From contig OX597823.1 in NCBI GenBank assembly GCA_951406725.2, positions 108,624,001 to 108,688,000 on the forward strand: a DNA stretch of 64,000 nt. Reading direction: 5' to 3'. Of this stretch, positions 36,346 through 47,990 are shown in pieces. Below the pieces are notes generated by a model. It saw only the letters and a program-made list of their open reading frames with translations, ran no database searches and was not told the DNA's origin. The position numbers and the translations under genes are program-made. The DNA is from Octopus vulgaris. Its lineage: Eukaryota. How positions within the stretch are numbered: the first letter of the stretch is position 1; every line of letters starts with the position of its first letter.

Positions 36346-36860
36346 GAGAAATTCTTACATTTCAGATCATGATGTAGAGAAATTTAAAAGTGGAATGTTT
36401 AAATGTGGAGAATAAGCAGTAATGGAGGAAGGAAGTAGGAGGCTGGTGGATGTGTGGGGAGTGTTGAGGCAAGGGAAGGATGAAAGGAGATAAAAGAGTC
36501 AGTTCAGGAAGATGGGGGTTAACAATTAGGGTATTAGGGAGGTAGTAGTTGAGGTGGAGGGTGGGAAGTAATTGAGTAGGAAGGGTGGGATGGGTAGTAA
36601 TTGAAGGGTGGTGAGTTGTTGGGTTTGTGAATAAATGTCAAAATTTAGGGATAATGGCAACAGAACTATAGGAAGTTGAGGCAGTAAAAAGGGGAGGGCA
36701 CTTATTAGAGGGAGGGAAAGGGTCTAATTCATAGATGTTTATATTGGTGGCTAAGGGTGAATTCAAAGAAAAGAAGTCAGGTTGGTAGCAGAGGGAGATT
36801 ATTAAGGTATGTAGAAAAGTATGAGAGAAGATAGAGGGAGGTGGACAGAGTGGCGGGGTA

Positions 36861-37050
36861 CGTTTAAGTGTCTGTCTTCCATGCTAGCATAGGTTGGACA
36901 TTGACAGAATCCAATAAGCCAGAGAATTGCATTGAGCTCCAGTGTCTGTTTTGGCATGGTTTCTTAGGGCTGGTCACCCCTCTTAACACCAACCACCTTA
37001 CAGAATGTTCTGGGTGCTTTTTCATAACACCAACACCAATGAGGTCACCA
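36861..37050 (-). mobile_element. Diverged RTE LINE 3' tail
   Basis: ttccatgctagcataggttggac...gggtgctttt. Confidence 0.65.
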
Positions 37051-37619
37051 GGTAATTGACAAAACAAAGAAAGCACTGTCCCCTTGTGGTGTTGTACTAG
37101 AGAGGGAACTGATATTATGCGAAGTGTTGAGAGGCTAAAGTATCATAGAGGGAACAGGCAGAGATGTCTTGATATAGAGGAGAATTGTGGCTGTCATGCA
37201 ATATTAAAGGGTGGGTGGGAGTAGCTTGAAAGATCATGATGGTGATGACAAGGTGTGAGAGCATACTATGAAGACACAAGAAGGTGAGTATAGGAGAGAA
37301 TAGGGGCAAAGAATTGGGAAGGTGTGAAGGATGAGTGGATGTGTTCAACAGAGTGTGAGAAGAGAATGACAGATGGCTAGAGAAGTATGTAGAGATGAAT
37401 GGAGTGAATGGAACTAGGGTAGAATGGAGCTCAGGTAGAATGTAGTGAATGGAGCTAGGGTAGAGCTAGGGTAGAGGTGTGGTTGATGGTAAATATCAAT
37501 ATGGCAAGGGGAAAAGTAAAAGAATGGGTGTGGCTCAGAAGGGAGGAGGTGATATATGACAATGCAGTAAGGGAGGAGAATAAATATATGAACATATGTG
37601 AATGCATATGTGTGCAGTA

Positions 37620-37647
37620 TACTACTACTACTACTACTACTACTACA

Positions 37648-37682
<35 letters not shown>

Positions 37683-37729
37683 TGCTGCTGATGATGATGC
37701 TGCTGCTGCTGATGCTACTGCTACTACTA

Positions 37730-37765
<36 letters not shown>

Positions 37766-37766
37766 A

Positions 37767-37820
<54 letters not shown>

Positions 37821-37850
37821 GTGATGGTGATGATGATGATGATGATGATG
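37620..37850. repeat. Compound (TAC)n(TGC)n(GAT)n microsatellite
   Basis: Read directly. Confidence 0.95.
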
Positions 37851-37882
37851 ACATTCAGAATCAAAGGTGACTTAGGAGAGAA

Positions 37883-38303
37883 TACTCTTACTCTCTCTTT
37901 TACTCTTTTACTTGTTTCAGTCATGTGACTGTGGTCATGCTGGAGCACCGCCTTTAGCTGAGGAAATCGACCCCAGGACTTATTCTTTGTAAACCTAGTA
38001 CTTATTCTATCGGTCTCTTTTGCCAAACCGCTAAGTAACGGGGATGTAAACACACCAGCATCGGTTGTCAAGCGATGTTGGGAGGACAAACACAGACATA
38101 CAAACAAACACACACATCTATATATATACATATACATATATACGACGTGCTTCTTTCAGTTTCCGTCTACCAAATGCACTCACAAGGCTTTGGTCGGCCC
38201 GTGGCTATAGAAGACACTTGCCCAAGGTGCCATGCAGTGGGACTGAACTCGGAACCATGTGGCTGGTAAAGCAAGCTACTTACCACACAGCCACTCCTAT
38301 GCC
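37883..38303 (-). mobile_element. SINE family A, full length
   Basis: Homologous to the other family A copies. Confidence 0.9.
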
Positions 38304-39179
38304 TATGAAACATACCATGTTTTCACTAATTGTTTTGCTACCAGTGTAATTACAAACAGCCATAGACACCTCCAGGTCTGACAATATCAGATTTCTTCAA
38401 ACGATCAGAAAGAATCAAACAGACAGACAGGAGATCAACTTTTAAGACTGGTACTTTACTGCCTCTACCAAGATGAACAGCAAAGTTGGCTTTAACAGGA
38501 TTTGAACTTAGACTATAGTGAGCCTGAAGGATTATTGCAAATCAGGAAGTCCAATGATCTAATGACTCAGCCACTTGCTGCCTTAGATGAAATATATATC
38601 ACATTGTGAGGGAAATAACCTACAAATGACTAGCATCTTATCCAGGGGGAAATTTCTCTTATCTCACCTATGTGAAACAGCAAAAGCCAAACTTAATCTT
38701 CACTACTACAAACTCCTTCAAGTACAAGAAAGATAGTTTGAACTTCAGTAGACTGTTTAGACATTCTTTACTTTTCAAGTGCCATAATTACTGATATTTT
38801 CAAGATACAACAACTTCTCTGAAAAACTGGGGGGAAAAAATGTTTTTAAAGTTAAAAAGTACTAAAAGAAAGAATAAAGAATATAAAAAAATTTACAAAA
38901 GTATATTAAAAAAAAACATGAAAATATAAAATAAATAAGAGAAATAAGCATAAAACTGTAAGTTTGTTTGACTCCAGTATGTGTGTTCATATAAGAGTGT
39001 ATTGTGTGAGTGTGAGCGTGAGTGTGAGTGTATGTGTGTGCTTGTGTGTGTGTGTGTGTGTGTGTGCGTGTGTGTGTGTGTATGTGCACACATATGTACA
39101 CATGTGAGTATGTGCGTATTATATTTGCTACATCAAATATAATAATCCTGCATATTTTGTCAATGATTAGTAGAGAAAT

Positions 39180-39446
<267 letters not shown>

Positions 39447-40499
39447 TTTAGCAAGATGTTATGTACTAGAATTTGTTGAAGCATGAAGCCATAATTGGTG
39501 AGGAACCATTAAACATATCTTGCTGATACTGCAACCTGTACAACTTACACGGGTCTCTCCAGATAGTAAGGGGTACAATAGACACACTGTGCTTATGACC
39601 AGACACCAGTCTGTAGCTAACCACCACACACACTAGTGTACACACAAATTGAAATATCTCAACACACACACACACACACACACACACAAATGCGTGTACT
39701 ATATTTTATATAAAAAAAACTCTTTGCACTCATTTATACTCACTCTCATTCATATAAATTTGATGTTCATAAAAAATACATGATTTCTAAATCTATCTAC
39801 CACTTCTTACTTTCTCTCTCTCTCTCTCTTTCTTTCTCAATGCATATGTATCTATCAATCTCCCTCTCACTTGTTCTCCCTCATTCTCTGTCTATATGTA
39901 TAATACATATATATGTATAATGTATATATATGTATAATATATGTATGTATAATATATATATATATGTATAATATATATAATATATAATATTTATATATAT
40001 ATATATATACACACACACACATATACAGACATACATACACACATGTATATATGATACGCATATATACATACAGATGAACAGACACACAACCACAGTCATA
40101 AAGATACCTCTTATTCACCACATATATCGTACGCACACACAATCAGGCAACTATACATTACACAATTGAAATATGCTCATTTACACATACATGCCATACA
40201 TACACACAAACACACACGCATAAAATACATATAAAATGCATAAAAGCAATACATATATGTAAAATATTGTGTGTCTGTGTGCGCGTTACTTTACATATAT
40301 TCCAATATATACATATCCACATATACATATTCTAGATGTATTTAATCAGATGATTAAGCTATGCACAATTCTAAAAATGGTTCAGTGCATTTGAAATGGA
40401 AAATTTTTTTTTTTCTTTTTTTTCTTAGAACTATATTTTACATGTTATAAAACATTTCACTGCCAGAAATTTTTCAGACATTATATGTAGGCCTATGTA

Positions 40500-40534
<35 letters not shown>

Positions 40535-40661
40535 GTTTATGTATATGTGTGCGTGAATGTATATATATATATATATAACTCATATATATCTTTATGTATG
40601 TGTGTGTATGTATATATATATATATATATATATATAACTCATATATATCTTTAAGTATGTG

Positions 40662-40707
<46 letters not shown>

Positions 40708-40709
<2 letters not shown>

Positions 40710-41541
40710 AAGTAGTATCAAAGGGTTCCCCAGATTAGTTATGTTTAATATAAAATAACTTATTTACCTAAGTTTTAACATCGTCTCCTTCAAAATAGTC
40801 ACCTTGCACAGCAATTCACCCATCTCAGGGTTCCCTACCACTTTTGGAATCCAGCCTGGAAGTCATTTTCTGTAAGTGAGTCAAGGACATTCTGCAATTT
40901 GCTCTGGTGACCTTTGAGCTGTATTTTCCTCTTGAAGAAGGAGAGTGCAGAAGCAATACCATGTTGTTTTTGGCAAGAAACTCATGACTGAGGAGATCTC
41001 TGAGAGAAGAATCCAATTCTTCATGCTCCACAGATCTGGTCGCTTTTGTCAAATGTCCTCTCTCAAATGCTTCAAATCCTCACAGTAGAACTACTGATTG
41101 ATAGTCTGACCCTGGGGAATAAACTCTCAATGAACAGTACCACATTTCCAGGTGTGATACTCGTGGCAGGTCTCCCAGATCACGCATCGTCTTCCAGGGA
41201 TGTTCTTCCACTCTTGAAGTGAAGTACCTGTGCCACTTGAGACATTGTGTATGACCCATTACCTCATCAATGTAAGCTTGTCAAAGCATACTCTGTGTCT
41301 CTGTAGCAGACTTCCCAAGTTTAAGGCAAAATTTCACATTGGCTCTTTGTTCCAGCCTATGACAAAATTGCAGACTATGGCATACACGTGATCACATAAA
41401 CACAAATTTCACAACTTATGAAGTAAACACAGTGATGTCACTTGCCACACTGCCCCATGAAGGTCACTGCTAGCTCTCACTGGGCACACAATCATGTGCT
41501 GCCATCTGCTGGGAGTCAGGGAACTTTTAGCCACCACCTTG
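40708..41541 (-). mobile_element. Mariner transposon relic, internally deleted
   Basis: N-terminal LEQRANVKFCLKLGKSATET...SGRTSLEDDA*SGRP, middle HEFLAKNNMVLLLHSP, C-terminal AVQGDYFEGD. Degenerate TIRs in TA context. Confidence 0.8.
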
Positions 41542-41704
41542 CAGTATATATATATATGCACACTTATTTATATGTGTGTGTGTATGTATGTATGTATGTA
41601 TGTATGTATGTATGTATGTATGTATGTATGTGTGTATGTGTGTGTGTGTGTGTGTGTGTGTATATTTATATATATGTATATATTCACACACATACACACA
41701 TGTT

Positions 41705-41950
41705 ATCTTCATCATCATCCTCATTATTTAATGTCCATTGTCCTTGCTAGCATGGGTTGGACGGTTTGACTAGAGTTGGCAAGTCAGTGGGGGTGCACCA
41801 GATTTGGCATGGTCTCCACAGCTGGATGCCCTTTCTAATTCCAACCACTTTACAGAGTGTGCTGGGTGCTTCTACATGGCATCATATGAGTGCTTTTATG
41901 TGGCAATGTGCAGGTACTCTTACATGTCATTACATGGGTGCTTTTACATT
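41705..41950 (-). mobile_element. Diverged RTE LINE 3' tail
   Basis: tgctagcatgggttggacgg...gctggatgccct. Confidence 0.7.
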
Positions 41951-42295
41951 GCACTGTAGAACTGAAAATCACCTGGGAAAAATCTGATTTGGATATTACT
42001 ATAGAAACTCACATTTGAAATGGCATTGAAAAGAGAGCAATGAATGCTGAGACTGATGTTCCAAGCTGATTGGCAGTTGCATGTACAACACAAGTAACTA
42101 AAAACTAGATGTATGAGACCAAAAAATATGTGTCTGTAGTATGCTTGAATGTGATAAATAAATTATACTGATGTTATTTGAATGCAATCTTACAGGATAA
42201 CTAAGATACCCAATATGGTGACTGAAGAGCAGGCAGGAGGAAGGAGAGAAGTCTGAGGCTGGGCTGAGCAACTCTTCATTAACAAAGTGGTATGG

Positions 42296-42522
42296 AACCC
42301 TTTAGCATTTAAACCACCCACATCCAGCCAAGATTTTCCACCTGTTTTATGTTCAAACCAGCCAGATCCAGCCTCTCACACCTATCCAGCATGTCATTCT
42401 AAATGTAAGCAATCATATTATCAAAATCTGAAAGCTCTGAGATTATGCATGATTAATTAAAAAAAAAACGTGATTAAATAAGCATTATATTTGATAGAAT
42501 AACCTGAATGCTAAAAGATTAA
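42296..42522. mobile_element. MITE with piggyBac-like ends
   Basis: aaccctttagcatt ... aatgctaaaagattaa terminal inverted repeats, TTAA at the right end. Confidence 0.5.
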
Positions 42523-42659
42523 GGGATGTCATGCAACACTGATAAGACCTGCTGATGGTGTATGACTAGGTTATACAAAAGTGTTTGAGTCTGTTCATCA
42601 CTCACTGATAGCAGAGACACTATGCCCTGCCACGGTTCCAACTGCTGTAGTCAATGCCA

Positions 42660-42888
42660 TTAGCTCTTTCTTTACTGTATTTATTTATGTTGAGATGCTC
42701 TGTGTTTCTTTCAATTATTTTGAATATAACAAAGAATTTAGTAAAATAATTTTATCATTAAACTAGTGTTAGGAGCAAAAAATGTGACTAAGGTTTGGTG
42801 GAAGATTTTAATTCAAGACTTATGAAAACAGACATTTGCACTACAGAGCCAGAGCCGGTTTCAGCCAGGTTGGTATCGAAAGAGTGAG
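42660..42888. mobile_element. Possible second piggyBac-like MITE
   Basis: Weak TIRs ctctttctttact / ggtatcgaaagag. Confidence 0.3.
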
Positions 42889-42899
42889 GTTTAATGGCT

Positions 42900-43680
42900 C
42901 ACAGAACTGTCATCGAGAACTTAGCCTACTACAATAGTCAATAACGGAATTAAGCTATCAACAGGAACATATGAAGGGGACAGCTTATCTGTAATGCTTT
43001 CTGTAGGAGTAGTGAACTCATTGCCAGCCCCAGTGTGAAAGCACAAAGGCTAGATGATAGTAGCTGAAAATGGAAGAAAGAGACCAATTTCCCCTTCACC
43101 TTTTTTTGCTGATGACCTTATGCTGTACTTGAGTAGATACCAAGAAGAAGAAATCAGAGCTGTCAGCATTCAGTAATGCTATATCTCACAAAGCTTTCAT
43201 AATGTCGGCATGTAAAAAGCACCCACTACACTCTCGGAGTGGTTGGCTTTAGGAAGGGCATCCAGCTGTAGAAACTCTGCACCCTGGTGCAGACATCTAG
43301 TTCACCAGCCCTCAGTCAAATCGTCCAACCCATGCTAGCATGGAAAGTGGATGTTAAACGATGAGGATGATGATGATGAGTGCTAGTACCAACGTTTGGG
43401 GTATTGAACTGAACTCTTGAAGAAGTCCACAACTTAGTCATCAGAACTAGGAAGATACTAATGACGAGTAGCAATTTCTACATCAACAGTGATACTGACT
43501 AGATCTACGATGAACAGAGGGATGGAGTTAGAAGCATAAGATCTGTTTAGACAGCCTTTGATTTCTGCATCATCTCATTTAGAATTCAATTGAAAAGTAA
43601 AGTGAGAAATGAGTACGTTGTGTGTACATTAAACATTGAAGGCAATAACATCATGAGATTAGATGAACTCCTAAATGAGT
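42900..43680 (+). mobile_element. Very old R4/Dong-like LINE RT remnant, interrupted by an RTE tail (43205-43379)
   Basis: GTYEGDSLSVML, HLFFADDLMLY, PTFGVLN*TLEEVHNLVIRTRKILMTSSNFYINSDTD*IY..DGVRSI (RT core and thumb-like motifs). Confidence 0.65.
43205..43379 (+). mobile_element. RTE LINE 3' tail
   Basis: Matches 10604-10830. Confidence 0.85.
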
Positions 43681-44017
43681 ACATAAATATTGATGGCCAA
43701 TTGGCTGAATCGTTAATGCGTTAAATAGACAGTTCTGCAGTAATCATTTCAACCCTCTGTACCCTAAATTCACATCTCACCAAGGTCGACCTTGCTTTTC
43801 TTTTTCACAAGGTCAGTAAATTAGGGTACCTCTCAGCTACTTGAGCTGATTTAATTGACTACCCCATCCCCTTAAATTTCAGGCATTTGTTTTAATTAGA
43901 AAGAATCGCTATTATTTCAAAGGTGGTAGGCCAGCATGACCATTAGCACACTGGACAGAATACCTAACAGCATTTTGTCTTTCATTCTCTTGGAGTCAAT
44001 TGAATAAGTGTCAGTCA

Positions 44018-44389
44018 AGCCAAAATTTGAAACAAGGCAGAGGTATTGTTTGCAGTTGTGTTTGTTTGTTTGTTGGTTTGTCCATGGACAAGATATCTCA
44101 AGAACCGCTGAATGGATTCGGATGAAGCTTTCAGGAATGCTTGGCCTTGAGACTGGCACAAACTGATTAGATTTTGGGGATTGATCCGGGGCCGAGGAAG
44201 GATCCTGGATTATTTTTCCTGATTTTTTACTTAATTTTTGAGAGTGGTCAGGTTCAATTTTACTATCCTCGTTTGTGAGACCAGTCAAGTTTATTTCAGA
44301 TATTTGCATTTTAAAAATCATCTCTGGCTAATCACTGAGAGGACTTTGGTGTTGCCTTGGTGGAGGTTTGGGCTCTGAGTGCTCTAGTT
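44018..44389 (+). mobile_element. Helentron-associated non-autonomous element (HINE / DINE-1-like)
   Basis: Short 5' block, (GTTT)n, gatatctcaagaaccgctgaatggattcggatgaa, gattagattttgggga, and a 3' end ccttggtggaggtttgggctctgagtgctCTAGtt. Confidence 0.65.
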
Positions 44390-44690
44390 ATTATTTGTTT
44401 TTATTCTTCCTTTCCCATTTTTTGCAGAATGCCTTCTTGATACCTTGGGCAAAGAAACTCCCTCTGTACATTGATAGACCACTAAAATGAAAACAACAGA
44501 GTGTTCATTTACAAAATTAAATGAAGCTATGTAAAAAAAGGTATTATTTATATTGAAGGTTATTGTTCTTACAGCAACAATGCTCTTCTCAATACATGCG
44601 ATGTATCAGTTAAAACTAATTTTTACATTTTTTTGCAGATTTGGTGAACAATGAATCATTCAGAAATAATTTTCAGTTCCTTTATTATTA

Positions 44691-44742
<52 letters not shown>

Positions 44743-46009
44743 TGTTGTTATTGTTTTTGTTATAAGCAGCACATGACCTTGCAGGTGGGGCCCAGTTAGA
44801 ATTTTCTTCTGTTCGAGTAATCCATCCTGCTCAAAAGGTCCCTGAATAAGGGTTAAGGATGATGAACGAAACATCCATGTTTCCAGAGGTGAATTATCCA
44901 AACCCCAAAGAATCCCTCTCAACACATGACTATGATGCTTCCACACTGCTTCTACTCGTGATCAGAGATACACATATTGCAAGCGACTAAGGGACATGGT
45001 CAACTGATTAAGGTCAAACAACTGACAAGCAAATCTGTGGTATTCAGTAGAATATTTGCTGTAGCCCATCTTTTATACCAAGACAAAACAATGTACATGG
45101 TAACACTTCCAATCAGTTAAGATCAAAAGCCACGAGAACCACTGCCAGGTAATGCATCAGTGTTATTGTTATTATTATTATTATTATCATTATCATAACA
45201 TATTGTTACTGTTAGTGCTATCTTCATTCTTTTTGATTTTTATGTCATTGCTGTTATTTCCGTCTTTGTAATATTTCTCTTTTACTACTGATATTGCCAA
45301 TTTTTAGCAACATCTGCTGCTTCTGCCGCTGCTGCTGCTGCTGTAGTTGTATTATTTGATGCTATATTCCAGCCCTATTTAAAAGGAAGAAAAACGAATT
45401 TGTTAAATGTTAAGTAAGCGACCATGCATTGAATGGGGTTGATTTTAAAGCTCTAATGCTCCCTTGACTCCAGGCAATACACTCTCAGTAATTAATGCAC
45501 TAAGTCACCTTGTATTGCAAGACCCATCACTAAAATCTGCTTATTGGAAAGCTGTCCATCCATCCATACATACATAAATCTATTCATCTATCCATCCATG
45601 CAAACATCCATACATATATCCATCCATCCACCCACTCACCCACTCATCCATCCAGCCATCAATCCATCCATCCGTCGATCGATTGATCCATCCATCCATC
45701 TAGTCATACATACTAACACACATGCATGCATACATACATACATACATACATAAATATATATACATAGATATATGTATAAGTTATTTTAGGAGCTTTACTA
45801 AGGAGATATAATCTATAATAATATTTATCTCGCTCTCTCCACTAACACACATATATGCATAATTACATACATAATATAGGTACATTATATACATATAAAT
45901 ATATACATATATACATTTATATATATGCATTCGGTGAGCCTTCCTTTTTCTGTTGAGGGCTTATATGCCCCTTTATTAGATTATTTTCCATATATATATA
46001 TATATATAT

Positions 46010-46205
46010 GATAGATCGGTAGCCTCTACACACATTTTTTTCTCTCCTTGTTTCTCTCCTTGTTTTTTCTGTGTCCCTTTCTGTGGAAGAGCATAGGCTC
46101 AAAACGTAAAACACTTTTTTCAATTCCTGAGCATTATACTAATACAATCTGTTTCTTTTCTACACCACCTGTCTTCGTCTTCTGTTTTTTTCGTGAATTC
46201 TCCCT
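46010..46205 (+). mobile_element. Penelope-like pseudo-LTR with degenerate minimal hammerhead (46077-46112)
   Basis: ttt-CTGTGGA-A-gagc-atag-gctc-AAAAC-GTA-aaa. Homologous to 11730-11925. Confidence 0.55.
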
Positions 46206-46624
46206 ATATATATATGACATGTTCTGTCCTCACCTTCGAAACACGCTGGAGTTGAACTAGGGACAGCTGATGAAGGGGATTTTTCCTTGTGTAGTTGTCT
46301 TGTACTCTGTTTTTTCGTTGTTAAAAAAATGGTCCGTTCCATGCTGTTTTTACTTTTTCGTTTCTCGTTGAGTTCTACGTCTAATTGTGGTGTCCTGTAC
46401 ACACGTATATATATTTATATATGCATGTATATATACATGTAGATGTAGGTACGTACATATATGTTTGTATGTATGCATATCTTTTATTTATTACACTATA
46501 TATATATGTTTATATATATATATATAAAGGAGACAAATGCTCAAGATGTTGTTAATCCATTTATATCATGAAATACTCTACATATGTTTTGACAGGCATA
46601 AATATATATATATATATATCTAAA

Positions 46625-46720
46625 TGTTGCACTCACGATTGTGAGATCATGATTTCGATTCCCAGACTGGGCGTTGTGTTGCTCTTGAGTAAAGCACTTC
46701 ATTTCACATTGCTCTGCATA
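46625..46720 (+). mobile_element. SINE family D head fragment
   Basis: tttcgattcccagactgggcgttgtg matches the family D B-box region. Confidence 0.55.
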
Positions 46721-46992
46721 TGTGTATACATGCAAACAGAGAAAGTAAAAGGCTGGAGATTTTCAGATGAGGAATATTTAAGTATAAATATATAGACATT
46801 TACATATTAATAAGTCAAACTTACACAGAGTACAAACGACAGAGAAAATTGAAGGGGAAATAACTAAGGGTACTAGTAACCACCAGCATTGCTAGAAATA
46901 AGAGTCAAAACAACTCTTAGCCATGATAAAGTGCTTATCTTTATCATGGCAAAGTGTTGTTGGTGCTTAGTAGTACCCTTAATCACTTTAGT

Positions 46993-47026
<34 letters not shown>

Positions 47027-47247
47027 GGTTAAATTTACAATTAAAATGAAGGTTTAGATAGGAGACATTAAAAAGCAGTATCCAAACCTTGTTTTGGGTA
47101 AGTCCCAGGTAGTGTACTTGCAGAACACTTCACCACTTATGGCTAGCAGGCATCATCCATAGTACTGCTCTTTCATCGTTGGTGCACATTGCGTATATAT
47201 TAAATGATTTACTCAGAAGATGGAATGTAACAAGAAGCTTTATTTAG

Positions 47248-47350
47248 CACAACAATCGTTTCAGCTGCCCTCTGCACTGCTTCTTTGTAGGTGGGGAATG
47301 ATATAATGACCTCAGATGCATCTCACAGTGCAAAGAAGCTTCATCAGGTG
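47248..47350 (-). ncRNA. Type I hammerhead with 78-nt stem II (Penelope-like pseudo-LTR, ~47190-47400)
   Basis: Minus strand CAC-CUGAUGA-AGCU-U-CUUUGCACUG...CAGUGCAGAG..AGCU-GAAAC-GAUU-GUU|GUG, followed by AAUAAA. Confidence 0.72.
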
Positions 47351-47735
47351 ACATAATAGGCTTCAAAAGTTATAAGATTTACATCTTGCTCCAAGCCAGA
47401 TGCTGGTATTATGGTGTATTGCCAGTAGTCCACACACAGTATAGAATATCTAGGAAGGACCGAATTTTTCGATAGACATTCTCTTGTTTATAAAAGTAGA
47501 ACAATAGAGTATGATTCGAAGGAGAAGTATATGCTGTTGCTAGCATATTGAGTCATGGATATTCAGATTTACTCAAAGGAACATGAAGAACAGGTTGTAT
47601 GAAATGAACTGGAAAATGATTCAAGTCTTAAAAATGTCAGCTAATGAACGCAAGAGAGCTAATAAGAATCTGGTGTGGCCATATACAAAAAATAAAAACT
47701 GAAAATAAAATAATTATATGTTGTGAAATGATGCA

Positions 47736-47990
47736 GTATGTAATCCCACAGCATGCTAATAAAGAGAAATGAATTTTGTTGATGTGCTGTGGGGTATCAA
47801 AGTATATGAGTGCACTGTGTGCTGGCGGAGTATGTAATGCCAGAACATGCTAATAAATAGAAATGGAATTTGATGGTGTCCTGGGGGATAATAAAGAATA
47901 TTAGTGCACTGTGGGTTGATGGGGTACGTAATCCCGCAGCATGCTAACAGAACAAAACTAATTCTGTTGATATGCGGGAAAACAAAGGTG
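47736..47990. repeat. 94 bp tandem repeat, about 2.7 copies
   Basis: gta(t/c)gtaat(c/g)cc anchors at 47736, 47830 and 47924. Confidence 0.8.

Noticed and set aside
46215-46410. CTGATGA and GAAAC motifs in a pLTR-like fragment
   Set aside because: The motifs are in the wrong order for type I, and I could not form stem I for a permuted hammerhead.
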